From Gemmata obscuriglobus (GTDB taxonomy: Bacteria; Planctomycetota; Planctomycetia; Gemmatales; Gemmataceae): DNA of 32,000 bases. Positions 8,877-18,700 of the stretch are shown in pieces. Each line of letters begins with the position of its first letter. Position 1 is the stretch's first letter. The notes beneath the pieces are model-generated. The model saw only the letters and a list, made by a program, of their open reading frames with translations. It did no database searches and was not told the DNA's origin. The stretch covers positions 6,420,001-6,452,000 of the forward strand of contig NZ_CP042911.1 of NCBI RefSeq assembly GCF_008065095.1, read 5' to 3'. Position numbers and translations under genes: made by a program.

Positions 8877-8895
8877 ATCTCTCCCCGGAGGTCCC

Positions 8896-10206
8896 ATGTC
8901 GAACCGTCGTGATTTCCTGAAGGCGTCCGCCGCTGTCGGCGGGGCCGCGAGCGTGAGCGGGCTGGCGAGCGCGTTCGCCGGCGGCGCGAGCGACACGATC
9001 AAGGTCGGGCTCATCGGCTGCGGCGGGCGCGGCATGGGGGCCGTCAAGGACATCCTTAATGCCGAGGAGAAGATCAACGGCAACGCCGCCAAGCTCGAGA
9101 TCGTCGCGGTGGCCGACGCGTTCAAGGACCGGGTCACCAACGCGGTGAAGACCTTCACCAACGAGAAGGGCAAGGACTACGGGCGGTTCGTCAAGCAGGT
9201 GAAGATCACCCCGGACACCACCTTCGACGGCCTCGACGCCTACGAGAAGCTCCTCAAGACCGACGTGAACCTGGTGATCCTGGCGACCCCGCCGGGGTTC
9301 CGCCCCTACCACCTCGAAGCGGCCGTGCGGGCCGGCAAGAACATCTTCTGCGAGAAGCCGGTCGCGGTGGACGCCACCGGCGCCCGCAAGTGCTACGCGC
9401 TGGTCGAGGAGTCGAAGAAGAAGAACATCGCGATCGTCGCCGGCACCCAGCGCCGGCACCAGAAGGGGTACATCGAAACCGTCAAGAAGATCCAGGACGG
9501 GGCGATCGGCGAGCTGCGCGCCGCCCGCTGCTCGTGGAACGGCCGCCGCCCGTGGTTCCACGAGCGCCCGGCGGGGATGGCCGACAGCACCTACCAGCTC
9601 CGCAACTGGTACCACTACCTGTGGGCGTGCGGCGACCACATCGTCGAGCAGCACGTTCACAACCTGGACGTGATCAACTGGATCGTCGGCGACCACCCGG
9701 TCAAGGCGGTCGGGTTCGGCGGCCGCGCTCTCGGGCCGGCGGGCGACCCGAAGAACGTGGGCCAGATCTGGGACCACTTCGCGGTGGAGTACGAGTACAA
9801 GAGCGGGCTGCGGCTCTCCAGCTACTGCCGCCACATCCCGGGCGACGACGACGTGTCGGAAACCGTGTACGGCGAGAAGGGCCAGACCTACACCCGCGAC
9901 GGCGTCTACCAGATCAACAAGCAGCGGTCCGGCTCGGACGACATCTCGGCCTACGTGCAAGAGCACATCGACCTGCTCAACAGCATCCGCGCCGGGCGGC
10001 CGCTGAACGAGCTGAAGGACGTGACCGACTCGACGTTCACCGCGATCTTCGGCCGCAACGCGGCCTACTCGTGCCGCACACTGAACTGGGCCGACGCCCT
10101 GGCCTCGGCGGAAGACACGATGCCGAAGGACCTCGCGCTGGACAAGCCGCTGGACGCCACCCGCGCCCCGGTCCCGGGCGTGTGGAAGCTGCCCCCGAAG
10201 GCCTAA
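8896..10206 (+). CDS. Gfo/Idh/MocA-family oxidoreductase with Tat signal
   Basis: MSNRRDFLKASAAVGGAASV is a Tat motif. IKVGLIGCGGRG is a Rossmann motif and IFCEKPV is the EKP motif. ATG at 8896 is preceded by GGAGG. Confidence 0.9.
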   Translation: MSNRRDFLKASAAVGGAASVSGLASAFAGGASDTIKVGLIGCGGRGMGAVKDILNAEEKINGNAAKLEIVAVADAFKDRVTNAVKTFTNEKGKDYGRFVKQVKITPDTTFDGLDAYEKLLKTDVNLVILATPPGFRPYHLEAAVRAGKNIFCEKPVAVDATGARKCYALVEESKKKNIAIVAGTQRRHQKGYIETVKKIQDGAIGELRAARCSWNGRRPWFHERPAGMADSTYQLRNWYHYLWACGDHIVEQHVHNLDVINWIVGDHPVKAVGFGGRALGPAGDPKNVGQIWDHFAVEYEYKSGLRLSSYCRHIPGDDDVSETVYGEKGQTYTRDGVYQINKQRSGSDDISAYVQEHIDLLNSIRAGRPLNELKDVTDSTFTAIFGRNAAYSCRTLNWADALASAEDTMPKDLALDKPLDATRAPVPGVWKLPPKA

Positions 10207-10220
10207 GCGGCAGATAGAAG

Positions 10221-10334
10221 GCAGAAGAGGGTTCACCGCAGAGGGCACGAGAGGGCGCAGAGAAAACAAAGAGAGTTAAAATGATCTTTGCTTTCTCTGC
10301 GCCCTCTCGTGCCCTCTGCGGTGAACCCTCTTCT
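10221..10334. repeat. Very long palindrome (about 50-bp stem, 14-nt loop) between convergent genes; probable bidirectional terminator or REP-like element
   Basis: 10221-10270 (CAGAAGAGGGTTCACCGCAGAGGGCACGAGAGGGCGCAGAGAAAACAAAG) is the reverse complement of 10285-10334 with a single mismatch. The loop is AGAGTTAAAATGAT. The arm contains the iterated sub-motif AGAGGG/AGAGAA. Confidence 0.8.
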
Positions 10335-10344
10335 GTTTGCTTGC

Positions 10345-11232
10345 TCACTGAGCGAGGCCGAGCACCTTGTCCATCTGCGCGGCGATCTTCTTGAGGTGCT
10401 CTTCGCCCCCGCCGCCCACCTCGGCCGTGGCCCAGCCGTCGTAGCCGATCTCGCCCAGGGCCGCGAGCACGTCCGGCCAGTTCTCGTCGCCCTCGCCGAT
10501 CGCCACCCACTCCTTCGACTTGCTGTACCCCTTGAAGTCGAACTTCAGCATCCGCTTGCCGAGCTTGCGGATCCAGTCCGCGGGCGGTACCCCGTATTTG
10601 ATCATGTTCGAGCAGTCGAAGTACGCGCCGACGTACTCGCTCTTGAAGTCGTCAACGTACTGGATCAGTTGCTCGGGTTTGGTGATGAAGTTGTTCCACA
10701 CCACCTCGATCGCGATCTTCACCTTCAGCTTTTCCGCGAGCGGGAGGACCTTTTTCACCTCCGCCTGCGACCGCTCGTAGCACTGCTGGTAAGTCACGTC
10801 CTTGTTCACCACACCGGGGACGAGGAGCACCGTGTCGGCGCCGACGGTTTTGGCGTCCTCAAGTGCGCCCCGGAGGGCTTCGAGGCCCTTCGCGCGGATC
10901 TTCTCGTCGGGATGAGAAAGCGTGTCGCGCCAGTGGACCGAATCGACCACGCCGTGGATGGCGACCCCGGTTTCCTTGCTCGCCTTCACCAGGGCGTCGA
11001 GGTCGCTGGTGCCGGGGCTGTCGATCTCGACGCCCTGAAAGCCACACCGCTTGGCCAGTTCCAGACGCGCCAAGTGGGTGCCGCCCTCGAGCCGAACCAT
11101 CCCGTACTTGACGGCCTTCTTGAGCTTCGGCTTCTTGACTTCGGTGGCGCACAGGTACGGGCCGGTCAGTGCGGCAGCCGCGACGGCCGTGGTGGTGCGC
11201 AGGAAGTCGCGGCGCCCGAGCGGACGGTTCAT
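10345..11232 (-). CDS. Sugar phosphate isomerase/epimerase (xylose-isomerase-like TIM barrel) with Tat signal
   Basis: MNRPLGRRDFLRTTTAVAAAAL is a Tat motif. GFQGVEI, KIAIEVVWN and YFDCSNM are typical AP-endonuclease-2/xylose-isomerase-like barrel stretches. ATG at 11232 with GAGGG upstream. Confidence 0.8.
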   Translation of the reverse strand: MNRPLGRRDFLRTTTAVAAAALTGPYLCATEVKKPKLKKAVKYGMVRLEGGTHLARLELAKRCGFQGVEIDSPGTSDLDALVKASKETGVAIHGVVDSVHWRDTLSHPDEKIRAKGLEALRGALEDAKTVGADTVLLVPGVVNKDVTYQQCYERSQAEVKKVLPLAEKLKVKIAIEVVWNNFITKPEQLIQYVDDFKSEYVGAYFDCSNMIKYGVPPADWIRKLGKRMLKFDFKGYSKSKEWVAIGEGDENWPDVLAALGEIGYDGWATAEVGGGGEEHLKKIAAQMDKVLGLAQ

Positions 11233-11411
11233 ATGAGTTGCCCTCGGCGAGTAAAAGGGAGGGCGTCCGTTCCGGTGTTGCGGCGGCGGGCGAGTTTCCG
11301 GAGCCGCGCCGGCGCTCCGCGCCGGTTCTGCGAATTGTTACGGTTGCGCGAAAAGGACGCAAGAGTTCTGTTGGGAGAAAAACGACCCGCTGCCCGAACC
11401 AGTGCTGGCCG

Positions 11412-11906
11412 TCACGCACGCCATTCTACAGTTGCGGATTGCCCGGGCGCCTCTTCCACTTCCACGCGAAGGACTTCGGGCGTGAAGTTCTCGTTCGTCT
11501 TGAGCGACTCCCACAACCGACCCGCGATGTACCGCGCGATCAGTTCCGCCGTGGTGTTTTCGATGGGTAGTAAGATGCAGTCGCCGCGCGGGAACAGCCA
11601 CTCGCGGTCCTCGTACCGCACCTGCACACACTGGGGGGTAGGGGCGACGCTGATGACCGGGTTGTTGGTCGCCAGCAGCATGTGGTGGTCGAGTTCGTCG
11701 GTGATCTCCTTCGTCCGCTTCTTGAGCGCGATGAAGTCGAACACGTAGAAGTCGTCGGGGAGCAGCGGCCCCTCGACCTCGACGGCGCAGCGGTAGTTGT
11801 GCCCGTGGAGCCGCTCGCACTGGTGCCCGCGGTAGCTGATAAAGTGCCCGCAGCAGAACACGAGGTGGTCTTTCGTGACGCGGACTTTGAACCGCTCGGT
11901 CGGCAT
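11412..11906 (-). CDS. 6-pyruvoyl-tetrahydropterin synthase / QueD-family protein (pterin branch of the H4MPT cluster)
   Basis: FCCGHFISY..GHQCERLHGHNYRCAVEVEG and ..YVFDFIALK..LDHHMLLA are the PTPS fold with the CxxxHGH motif. ATG at 11906 lies 2 nt after the TAA of the upstream gene (TAACCATG). The ORF-track start at 11987 is an extension into the neighbouring gene. Confidence 0.8.
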   Translation of the reverse strand: MPTERFKVRVTKDHLVFCCGHFISYRGHQCERLHGHNYRCAVEVEGPLLPDDFYVFDFIALKKRTKEITDELDHHMLLATNNPVISVAPTPQCVQVRYEDREWLFPRGDCILLPIENTTAELIARYIAGRLWESLKTNENFTPEVLRVEVEEAPGQSATVEWRA

Positions 11907-11908
11907 GG

Positions 11909-12784
11909 TTACAACCAGTCGGAGACGTTCCACCGGAACGGGGCGGAAGGAGTCACCATATTCTCCCGCAACGCGACGAACAGGCAAGCGGTGATGAGGT
12001 CCGCCGTGGTGCCGGGGTTGAGCCTGTTCCCGTCGCTCCTCAGGTGCCGGTCGAGCGCGACGCCCGCGGCGCGACCGGCAGAGGTTTCGAGGCCGCCGAG
12101 CGCGAGCGCCGCCTGCGCCCGGCGCTGAACGTCTTCCGTGACCGCCGCGCCGTTCTTCCGCGCGATGAGCGAATCCGGGTGGGCCGCGAGCCAGCGCAGT
12201 TGCGAATCGACGATCGCCGCTTCAACGCTACCAAATTTAGCGAATGCGATCGTGAACGTGGGTACGCCGAAATCGAACACGTCCGCGAAACCGTTGGCGT
12301 ACTGCCGGGCGATCATGTCGCGTTCGGCGGCCAGTTTCATCGCTTCGAGGAGAGTGACGGTAGGTTCTTCGCGCACGTCCTGCTCCGGCGCGCCGCCGAG
12401 CCCGCCGGGGTTCGCAAGCCGGATCGCTTCGTAAACCAGGCGAGTATCGTCCGTCGTCAGCCCTTTGAGAATGTCGGCAACCTGTACCCCGGGACGCATT
12501 CCGCTCCATTCCGCGGCGAGCGGAGCGAGCAAGAGGATGATGCCCAGGTTCGTGTTCTGGCCGACGACCGCCTGCGTGCGTTCCACGGCGTCGAAAACCG
12601 TAGCTCCGACGGACCGGTTGCCAGCGTGTTGAAGAACTGGCCCGATCACCGCCCCGCTGAGCAGAAAATCGGTAAGGGCCGTGTTCGCGAAATCGGCGCC
12701 CCGATGAACGTTCCCGACCTTGCGGGCGCAGGCTTCCCAGATGCAAGCCGTTTGTGCCAACTCACCCGTTGTAAAATCGATCAC
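11909..12784 (-). CDS. Triphosphoribosyl-dephospho-CoA synthase (CitG/MdcB-like) family protein, of the type found in H4MPT gene islands
   Basis: ACIWEACARKVGNVHRGADF..DFLLSGAVIGP and NTNLGIILLLAPLA match the CitG-like family pattern. GTG start at 12784 lies 1 nt after the stop of the upstream gene. Confidence 0.75.
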   Translation of the reverse strand: MIDFTTGELAQTACIWEACARKVGNVHRGADFANTALTDFLLSGAVIGPVLQHAGNRSVGATVFDAVERTQAVVGQNTNLGIILLLAPLAAEWSGMRPGVQVADILKGLTTDDTRLVYEAIRLANPGGLGGAPEQDVREEPTVTLLEAMKLAAERDMIARQYANGFADVFDFGVPTFTIAFAKFGSVEAAIVDSQLRWLAAHPDSLIARKNGAAVTEDVQRRAQAALALGGLETSAGRAAGVALDRHLRSDGNRLNPGTTADLITACLFVALRENMVTPSAPFRWNVSDWL

Positions 12785-12785
12785 G

Positions 12786-13637
12786 TCACCTCTCGGTCAC
12801 GAACCGCACCACTTCCTTCGCCACATCCACGCCGCACGCGGACGCGAGCGCCTTCCACCCCGGCACCGCGTTCACTTCGATCACGAACAGCTCGCCGTTC
12901 GGCCCCGGAAGCAGGTCCACGCCCGCGACCGGGCAACCGACCGCCCGGGCGGCCCGCAACGCGAGAGCGGTTTCGGCTTCGCTCAGCGTCACGTTCTCGG
13001 CGGTTCCGCCCTGGGCGACGTTGGTGCGCCAGTCCGCGCCCGCCGTGCGCCGCATACTCGCGATCACGCGATCACCCAAGACGAACGCGCGAAGGTCCCA
13101 CCCCGGGTGCCGCACGAACTGTTGAAGGTAAATCACCTGGCCCGTTTGCTCCAGCACGCGGAACGTGCGCCACGCGGTTTCGGGATCGGTAATGCGGCAC
13201 ATCCCGCGGCCCTCCGACCCGAACAGCGGCTTCAGAACGACATCACCGCCGAGCGCCGCGAAGTAGGTCATCGCGTCGTCGCTGCGCTGGCACACGGCCG
13301 TCGGAGGCGTGTCGATCCCCGCCCGCGCGAGCCGCGCGGTGGTGAGGTACTTATCGACGCACACCTCCACCGCTCGCGGCGGGTTCAGTACCGGTATGCC
13401 GCGGGCCGCGCACTCGTGCAACAGGTCCATGCGGAAGACGACCTGTTCCAGCGACCCGGCGGGCATCGTGCGCACCAGGAGGGCGTCGTGTTCCGACAGC
13501 GGAACGGACCCGGCGTTCACGCCTGCCGCGAGCGCGCGGAAGTCGAGTGGCGCGGCGGTGTGCCCGAGTTCGGCCGCCGCGCGGACGAGGTCCTGCACGT
13601 GCCAGCCGCTGCCGCCGGAAAGAATCGCGATGTTCAT
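12786..13637 (-). CDS. RimK-family ATP-grasp ligase (MptN-like, tetrahydromethanopterin:glutamate ligase type)
   Basis: MNIAILSGGSGWHVQDL, VLNPPRAVEVCVDKYLT, VVLKPLFGSEGRGM, DWRTNVAQGG, VAGVDLL..GELFVIEVNAVPGW. ATG at 13637 overlaps the mch stop (ATGA). The 533-aa ORF in the track is an upstream extension. Confidence 0.85.
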   Translation of the reverse strand: MNIAILSGGSGWHVQDLVRAAAELGHTAAPLDFRALAAGVNAGSVPLSEHDALLVRTMPAGSLEQVVFRMDLLHECAARGIPVLNPPRAVEVCVDKYLTTARLARAGIDTPPTAVCQRSDDAMTYFAALGGDVVLKPLFGSEGRGMCRITDPETAWRTFRVLEQTGQVIYLQQFVRHPGWDLRAFVLGDRVIASMRRTAGADWRTNVAQGGTAENVTLSEAETALALRAARAVGCPVAGVDLLPGPNGELFVIEVNAVPGWKALASACGVDVAKEVVRFVTER

Positions 13638-14581
13638 TCGCCCAGCCCGAAGGACCGCCGCAAAAGGCCGGGTTCGACGCCGCCGAACTGGTGACACCGG
13701 CCGGTCTTCAGGTTGCGGAACTCCACTTCCGCCGGCGAGAACAATAGCGGATCGATCTGGTAGAAGTCGCCTTTGTAGTGCGTAAACACATCCGCGAACG
13801 GCTTCCCGTGGTCCTTCGATGACGACGACGGCACCTTCGGCCCCATCCGCTCGAGCACCTCGTCGTCGGCGCGGACCCACAGCACCACCTTCGCGCCGTA
13901 AAGGATCGCGTCGTTGGTGCGGCCCATCGCCTGAACGAAGTCCGGCGTGGTGGGCGGCAGCGGCGCGACCCCGTACCCGCTGACGACCTGGGTCACGTCG
14001 AACTTGAGTTCGTGGAGCTTGTGCAGCGCCGTCTCGACCGACCGGGCGACGATCTGCGTGGTGCCCGCGAGACTCTGCGTCGGGGCCACCAGCAGCGTGA
14101 GGTGCTCGGCCACGAGCGGCAGTTTCGCGACGATGTTGGCGACCACCTCGTCGGTCGGGTGGCGGTCGGTTTCGAGCACCCCGACCGCGAACGGCGACTC
14201 CTCCTTGCCCGCGATGTGCTGGAAGATCTCCTCGCGCGCCGACAGGGCGCGCATCGGCCCGGAGCCGTTCGCGTAGAACTTGCCGACCTTCACCTGCCAG
14301 CCGGCGTACTGCGACGCCAGGCACGCGCGCACCGGGTCGTCCGTCGTGACCTGGACCGCCGGCCCGCCGAGTTCGGGAATCGGGCACGGGACGTACTCGA
14401 CTTCGCCCGCGTCGCCCAAGCAGACCCGCGCCATCAGCAGCCCGGCCGCGAGGCTACCGCTGACCGCCCCGCCGCAATCGATGACCCGCGCCCCCGCCAC
14501 CTTGGCGACGTGAACGCGGAGCCGGGCGGCGTTGCGTTCGACTTCGTCCGCGAGCAGTTGCGCGCGCTCGTTGAGGGTCAT
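13634..14581 (-). CDS. mch: Methenyltetrahydromethanopterin cyclohydrolase
   Basis: MTLNERAQLLADEVERNAARL..GARVIDCGG..GSLAAGLLMARVCLG and ..ASQYAGWQV..FYANGSGPMRAL closely resemble bacterial and archaeal Mch. The product is about 315 aa. ATG at 14581 overlaps the stop of the upstream gene (ATGA). Confidence 0.9.
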   Translation of the reverse strand: MTLNERAQLLADEVERNAARLRVHVAKVAGARVIDCGGAVSGSLAAGLLMARVCLGDAGEVEYVPCPIPELGGPAVQVTTDDPVRACLASQYAGWQVKVGKFYANGSGPMRALSAREEIFQHIAGKEESPFAVGVLETDRHPTDEVVANIVAKLPLVAEHLTLLVAPTQSLAGTTQIVARSVETALHKLHELKFDVTQVVSGYGVAPLPPTTPDFVQAMGRTNDAILYGAKVVLWVRADDEVLERMGPKVPSSSSKDHGKPFADVFTHYKGDFYQIDPLLFSPAEVEFRNLKTGRCHQFGGVEPGLLRRSFGLGE

Positions 14582-15798
14582 AGGGAGTGCTCCGCGAAGA
14601 GGCGATCGAGTTCCGCAGCCCGTGATCTTAACCGCTCGCGCACGTCTGCGGGTGTGCTTCCCGTCGCGAAAAAAGTGAGCACCGGCCACCCGGGTTGGAT
14701 CGCACTGCCCGGGTCGGGAATGTCGGCGAACCCCGGCAGCCGCCACGGATCGAACGCGCCCGCGAGGTCCGCGTCCCACGGCCCCGCGTTCGGAAAGGTG
14801 ATCGCGTGCGGGGCGTAGTAGATCGCTTTCCCGACGGGCGCACAGCCCCGCGGCGGCGCAACGAAATGAAAGCGGGTGGGGTTCGAGGAAAAACAATCGC
14901 GGTGAGTCGGCATGATCGCGGACCGCGTCGCTAATTCGATCACCTCGATCGCCGCGGTATAACGCGGGTTGACCTCGACCGGATGCAAGGAATCGGAGCG
15001 TTGAATGAAGTCGAGCCCCCAGCAGCCGCGGACGCCGATGGTCCGGTTGGCATCGAGCGTGTTGATCCAGAGGGCCGCACTTTGGGGCAGTTCGACCGGG
15101 CCAATGTTGCCACAATACGCGAACGGCTCGGCGTGCAGCCACGGTTCGCCGATGAGTTGTTGGGTGACGCCGAACAGTTCGGTTCCGTCCGGCCAAAACG
15201 GCATTTCGTTCAGGTCGCTCACGAACACCGCGGACATCGGCACGCCTTCGACCCACTCCTGAAAGTAGTGCCGGTCGGACGCGGCTTCGCCCGGTTCCGT
15301 GAAGCGGATTCCGATCCCCCCGCCGGACGCGAACGGCTTGCGGAGCCACCGGCCTTCGGTCGGGCACGGTTCACCGCGCGGGACCAGACGCGGGGGCTCG
15401 AACCCGGCACGCTGGAGTATCGGGAACAGTTCGAACGGATCGCGAGCGCGGGCCAACACCTCGGGCGGGTTCCCCCACAGCTCGCGCGATTCGGCGAGTC
15501 GGGCGATAACGTGCGGGTAATTCTCCAGACCTCCGGTGTAGAGCACCGGCCCCGGAGGGAATTGCATCGCAAGGTCGGGAATCGCGTCCGGGTAGCCGTC
15601 CGGCGGGCAGACGGCGCACGCGGAAACGACCCGCTTCAGGTCGCGGTCGGCGAACTGGTCAATTGCCCAAATAAAACGACTGTGAAGCCTGGCTCCGCGG
15701 GCGACAGGCGGCGAGGCGAATGTAGAAACGCCTGCGCGGGCCAGCGAATGAACCGCCGCCCGCGCGCTCGAACCGACAACGCCAACAACACCGGTCAC
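14578..15798 (-). CDS. ATP-grasp domain protein (predicted ATP-dependent carboligase type associated with H4MPT clusters)
   Basis: VGVVGSSARAAVHSLARAG N-terminus, WLRKPFASGGGIGIRF, WGLDFI...HPVEVNPRYTAAIEV. GTG at 15798 overlaps the TGA of the upstream gene (GTGA). Confidence 0.75.
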   Translation of the reverse strand: MTGVVGVVGSSARAAVHSLARAGVSTFASPPVARGARLHSRFIWAIDQFADRDLKRVVSACAVCPPDGYPDAIPDLAMQFPPGPVLYTGGLENYPHVIARLAESRELWGNPPEVLARARDPFELFPILQRAGFEPPRLVPRGEPCPTEGRWLRKPFASGGGIGIRFTEPGEAASDRHYFQEWVEGVPMSAVFVSDLNEMPFWPDGTELFGVTQQLIGEPWLHAEPFAYCGNIGPVELPQSAALWINTLDANRTIGVRGCWGLDFIQRSDSLHPVEVNPRYTAAIEVIELATRSAIMPTHRDCFSSNPTRFHFVAPPRGCAPVGKAIYYAPHAITFPNAGPWDADLAGAFDPWRLPGFADIPDPGSAIQPGWPVLTFFATGSTPADVRERLRSRAAELDRLFAEHSL

Positions 15799-18700
15799 CG
15801 GTCCGCCACCGGGGTCGGCAGGCCGAAGAACCGCCGCAGGGCCTGAAGCTCGGGGATAATCATCACCCGCATCACGTCCGCGTAGTCGTCGGTCCAGGCG
15901 TCCACGCCGTTCAGCTTCACGACCGGCCGGAACCCGTACCCGGTTTCCGCTTGCAGCGCGTCCATGAGAGTCGTGAACGGCCCGTTCCGCCGGATCAGGC
16001 CCGCGAACCGCTGCGCCTGCGCGTCGCCGGTTCGCTTGTCCAGGTAGTCCAGGACGGTCTCCTGCTGCTTCGTGAGCGCCTTGTCCAGCAGCGGCCCCAG
16101 TTCGGGGTACTTCACCCGAGCGATGCGGATGAGTTGCTCGCTCTGACTGTACTCGCCCATCATGTCGCCGAGTTCGGACGCGATTCGGTCGCCCAGATGC
16201 TCGCGTTTGCGGGCCAGTGCGACCCAGCTTGACGCCGTCTTCCCGGGCCGCCCCTCGGCGTTATCGTTCCACACCCGGGCCACGAGGTTGTGGTGCTCGG
16301 CGATGGCCGCGACCACCGGCTCCAGTTGCACGAACTTGTTCGAGATGTGCAGCGCCAGGATGCCGTCGTCCGTGAGCCGTTCGAGGTACAGGGCGACCGC
16401 CTCGTTGGTCAGCAGGTGGACCGGGATCGAGTCCGAGCTGAACGCGTCCACCAGCAGCAGCGCGTACTTGCGGTCGGTGTCTTCCTTGAGCTTCAGGCGG
16501 GCGTCGCCCATCCGGAAATCGATGTCGGCGCCGCGCTTGCGGGCGTCGTCCACGTAGGTGAACGGCCCCATCAGCGGCGCGACGGGCGCCGGCGCGGGCG
16601 CCACCTCGTGTTGCGTGACGGGGGCGGTGCCGGCGGGACGGGTCCGCGCCGCTTCTTCGTACTCCTCCTGGGTGTAAACGATGACCCCGCGGTCCTTCAT
16701 CGGCTCCTTACCGGGGAGACGGTTTTTCAGCTCCGCTTCGTACTCTTCTGGGGTGAAGATGCGGGCGCCCATGCGTTCCGCGTCCTTTCGCACGTCCGGG
16801 TCCGCGGTCGGGGCGGCGCCGCGCTCCCGCAGTGCCGTCTCATAGTCCTGCTTCGTGCGCAGGGTGTACATGGGCCCGAGCCGCTCCAGTCGCTTGCGCA
16901 CCTCGTCGTCGAGCGGAGCTGTTCCGAAGGCCCGCAGGCTCTTTTTGTAAGCCTCCCAGGCTTTCAGCCCCTTCTCGTGTTCCGCGCGTGCCCGGTCGTA
17001 CTCCTCCTGGGTCAGGATGCGGGCGCCCAGTTTTTCCACCTTGGCGCGTACGTCCGGGTCGGCGATCGGCGCGGAGCCGCGCTCCTTCAAGTCGCTCTCG
17101 TTCATCACCTTCCAGGGCGTTTCCACGATCCGCCGCACCGCCGGGTCGATCTCGTAGAACGTGAGCTTTTGGCCGGCGCCGACGTAGCAGGAGGCGCTAC
17201 CGGTGCCGAGCCCGACCATCGCCACCGGCGCGTTCGCGTCGGCGCCGCCCTTGCGGGTACGCAGCTCCTGGAACATCGCCCCGACCGGCCCGCTCCGGTG
17301 GTAGTACGTCAGCGGCTCTTCGCGCGGGTTGAAGCGGAGCTGCGTGCCGAACACCGCGACGTTGTCCCACGGGTTCAGCGCGGTGAGCCGCTGGAACTCG
17401 TCCGCCCAGTGCGGGCGGAACGTCTCGTTGATCTGCGTCCCGTGCAGCGTGGTCCCGTGGACGAGCCGCGTGTACTGCCCGCGCTGCTCCACCTTCAAGA
17501 TGCCGAAGAAGCTCCGCTCCGTGTAAACCACCTTCGCCTCGTCGCTGGCTTCGTCGCGGAAGGTGCTGATGCCCAGGATCGCCGCCACGCACAGGGTGAA
17601 CCGGAGCGGCCGGTCCACGAAGAAGAAGCACACCATCACCGGAACGGCGTACACGAAGATGTTGTGGACCATGCTGGCGCTGTCGAGCGACAGGGTGCTC
17701 GCGATGCTCCGCACGGCCCGGTTGTACCATTCGAACTGGCCGAACTTCAGCATCTGCCAGAACACTAGCCCGATCAGCACCGGCACCACGATGTCGAGCG
17801 CCAGAGCGACCTGCCGGTTCTGGTCGAGCAGCCGGACGAACCACCGGCCGGCGGCCGCCAACGGGGACGCCGCCGCCGCAGACGCGCCCACGTCGGGCGC
17901 GGTTTTGGCGTCCATGGGCTTTTGGTTCGGAGTACCATCTTCGGACGAGTTCAGCCGCGGCACCATGAGGCACGCGACCAGCAGCACCAGTTTGTACTCG
18001 TAGTCCTGCACGAACACGAGCGGGGCGACCAGCGAGTTGAAGATGCCGCCGAGCACGCCGCCGAGCGACATGATGAGGAAGTACGTCGTCAGGTACTGCG
18101 GGCTCGGGCGGTCGCGCGCCAGTTCGTAGTGGCACATGAGCGCCGCCGTGAAGAACGTCACGAGGTGCAGCAAAAGGCTGATGCCGACCCGGTTGCCGAT
18201 CACGCCCGACGTGATCGAGAACACGAGGAGCAGGATCATCACCGGCGCCAGGTTCCCGATCAGCAGCCGGAACCACGGCGGCACCCGGCCGAACGCGATG
18301 ATGAACGTGACCAGGTACAGTGCCAGCGGCCCGACCCAGAGCAGCGGGATGCTGGCGATGTCGGTGGTCATGTGGAAGGTGACCCCGAGCATGAGGCTGC
18401 TCGGGACGAACGCGAGGGCGGTCCACTTCGCCATCCGGCCCCACGACGGGGGCGCCTCGATCGGCGCCGGGGCGGCCTTCACGCCGGTCGCTCCGCCCGG
18501 GGCCACCCCGAGCGGGTTCACCGCCGCCTTTCCGCACGCGACGATCAGCGCCGCGAGGCCGACGAACCCGACCGCCCACACCCACGTCTGCCCGCCCTGG
18601 GTCAGGTTCGGCTCGATGAAGAGCGGGTAGCCGAGCAGCGAGATCAGGCTGCCGAAGTTGCTCGCGGCGTACAGGAAGTACGGGTCACGGGCCGACGGGT

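Noticed and set aside
13638-15367. N-terminal extensions of ORF-track products (533-aa version of the RimK-like gene, 577-aa version of mch, 778-aa version of prkA, 353-aa version of modB, 191-aa version of the PTPS gene)
   Set aside because: The extensions run through the upstream gene in another frame, are Arg/Pro/Gly-rich, and are not needed for the recognised domains. Internal ATG/GTG starts with SD-like sequences or 4-nt stop/start overlaps give products of canonical length.
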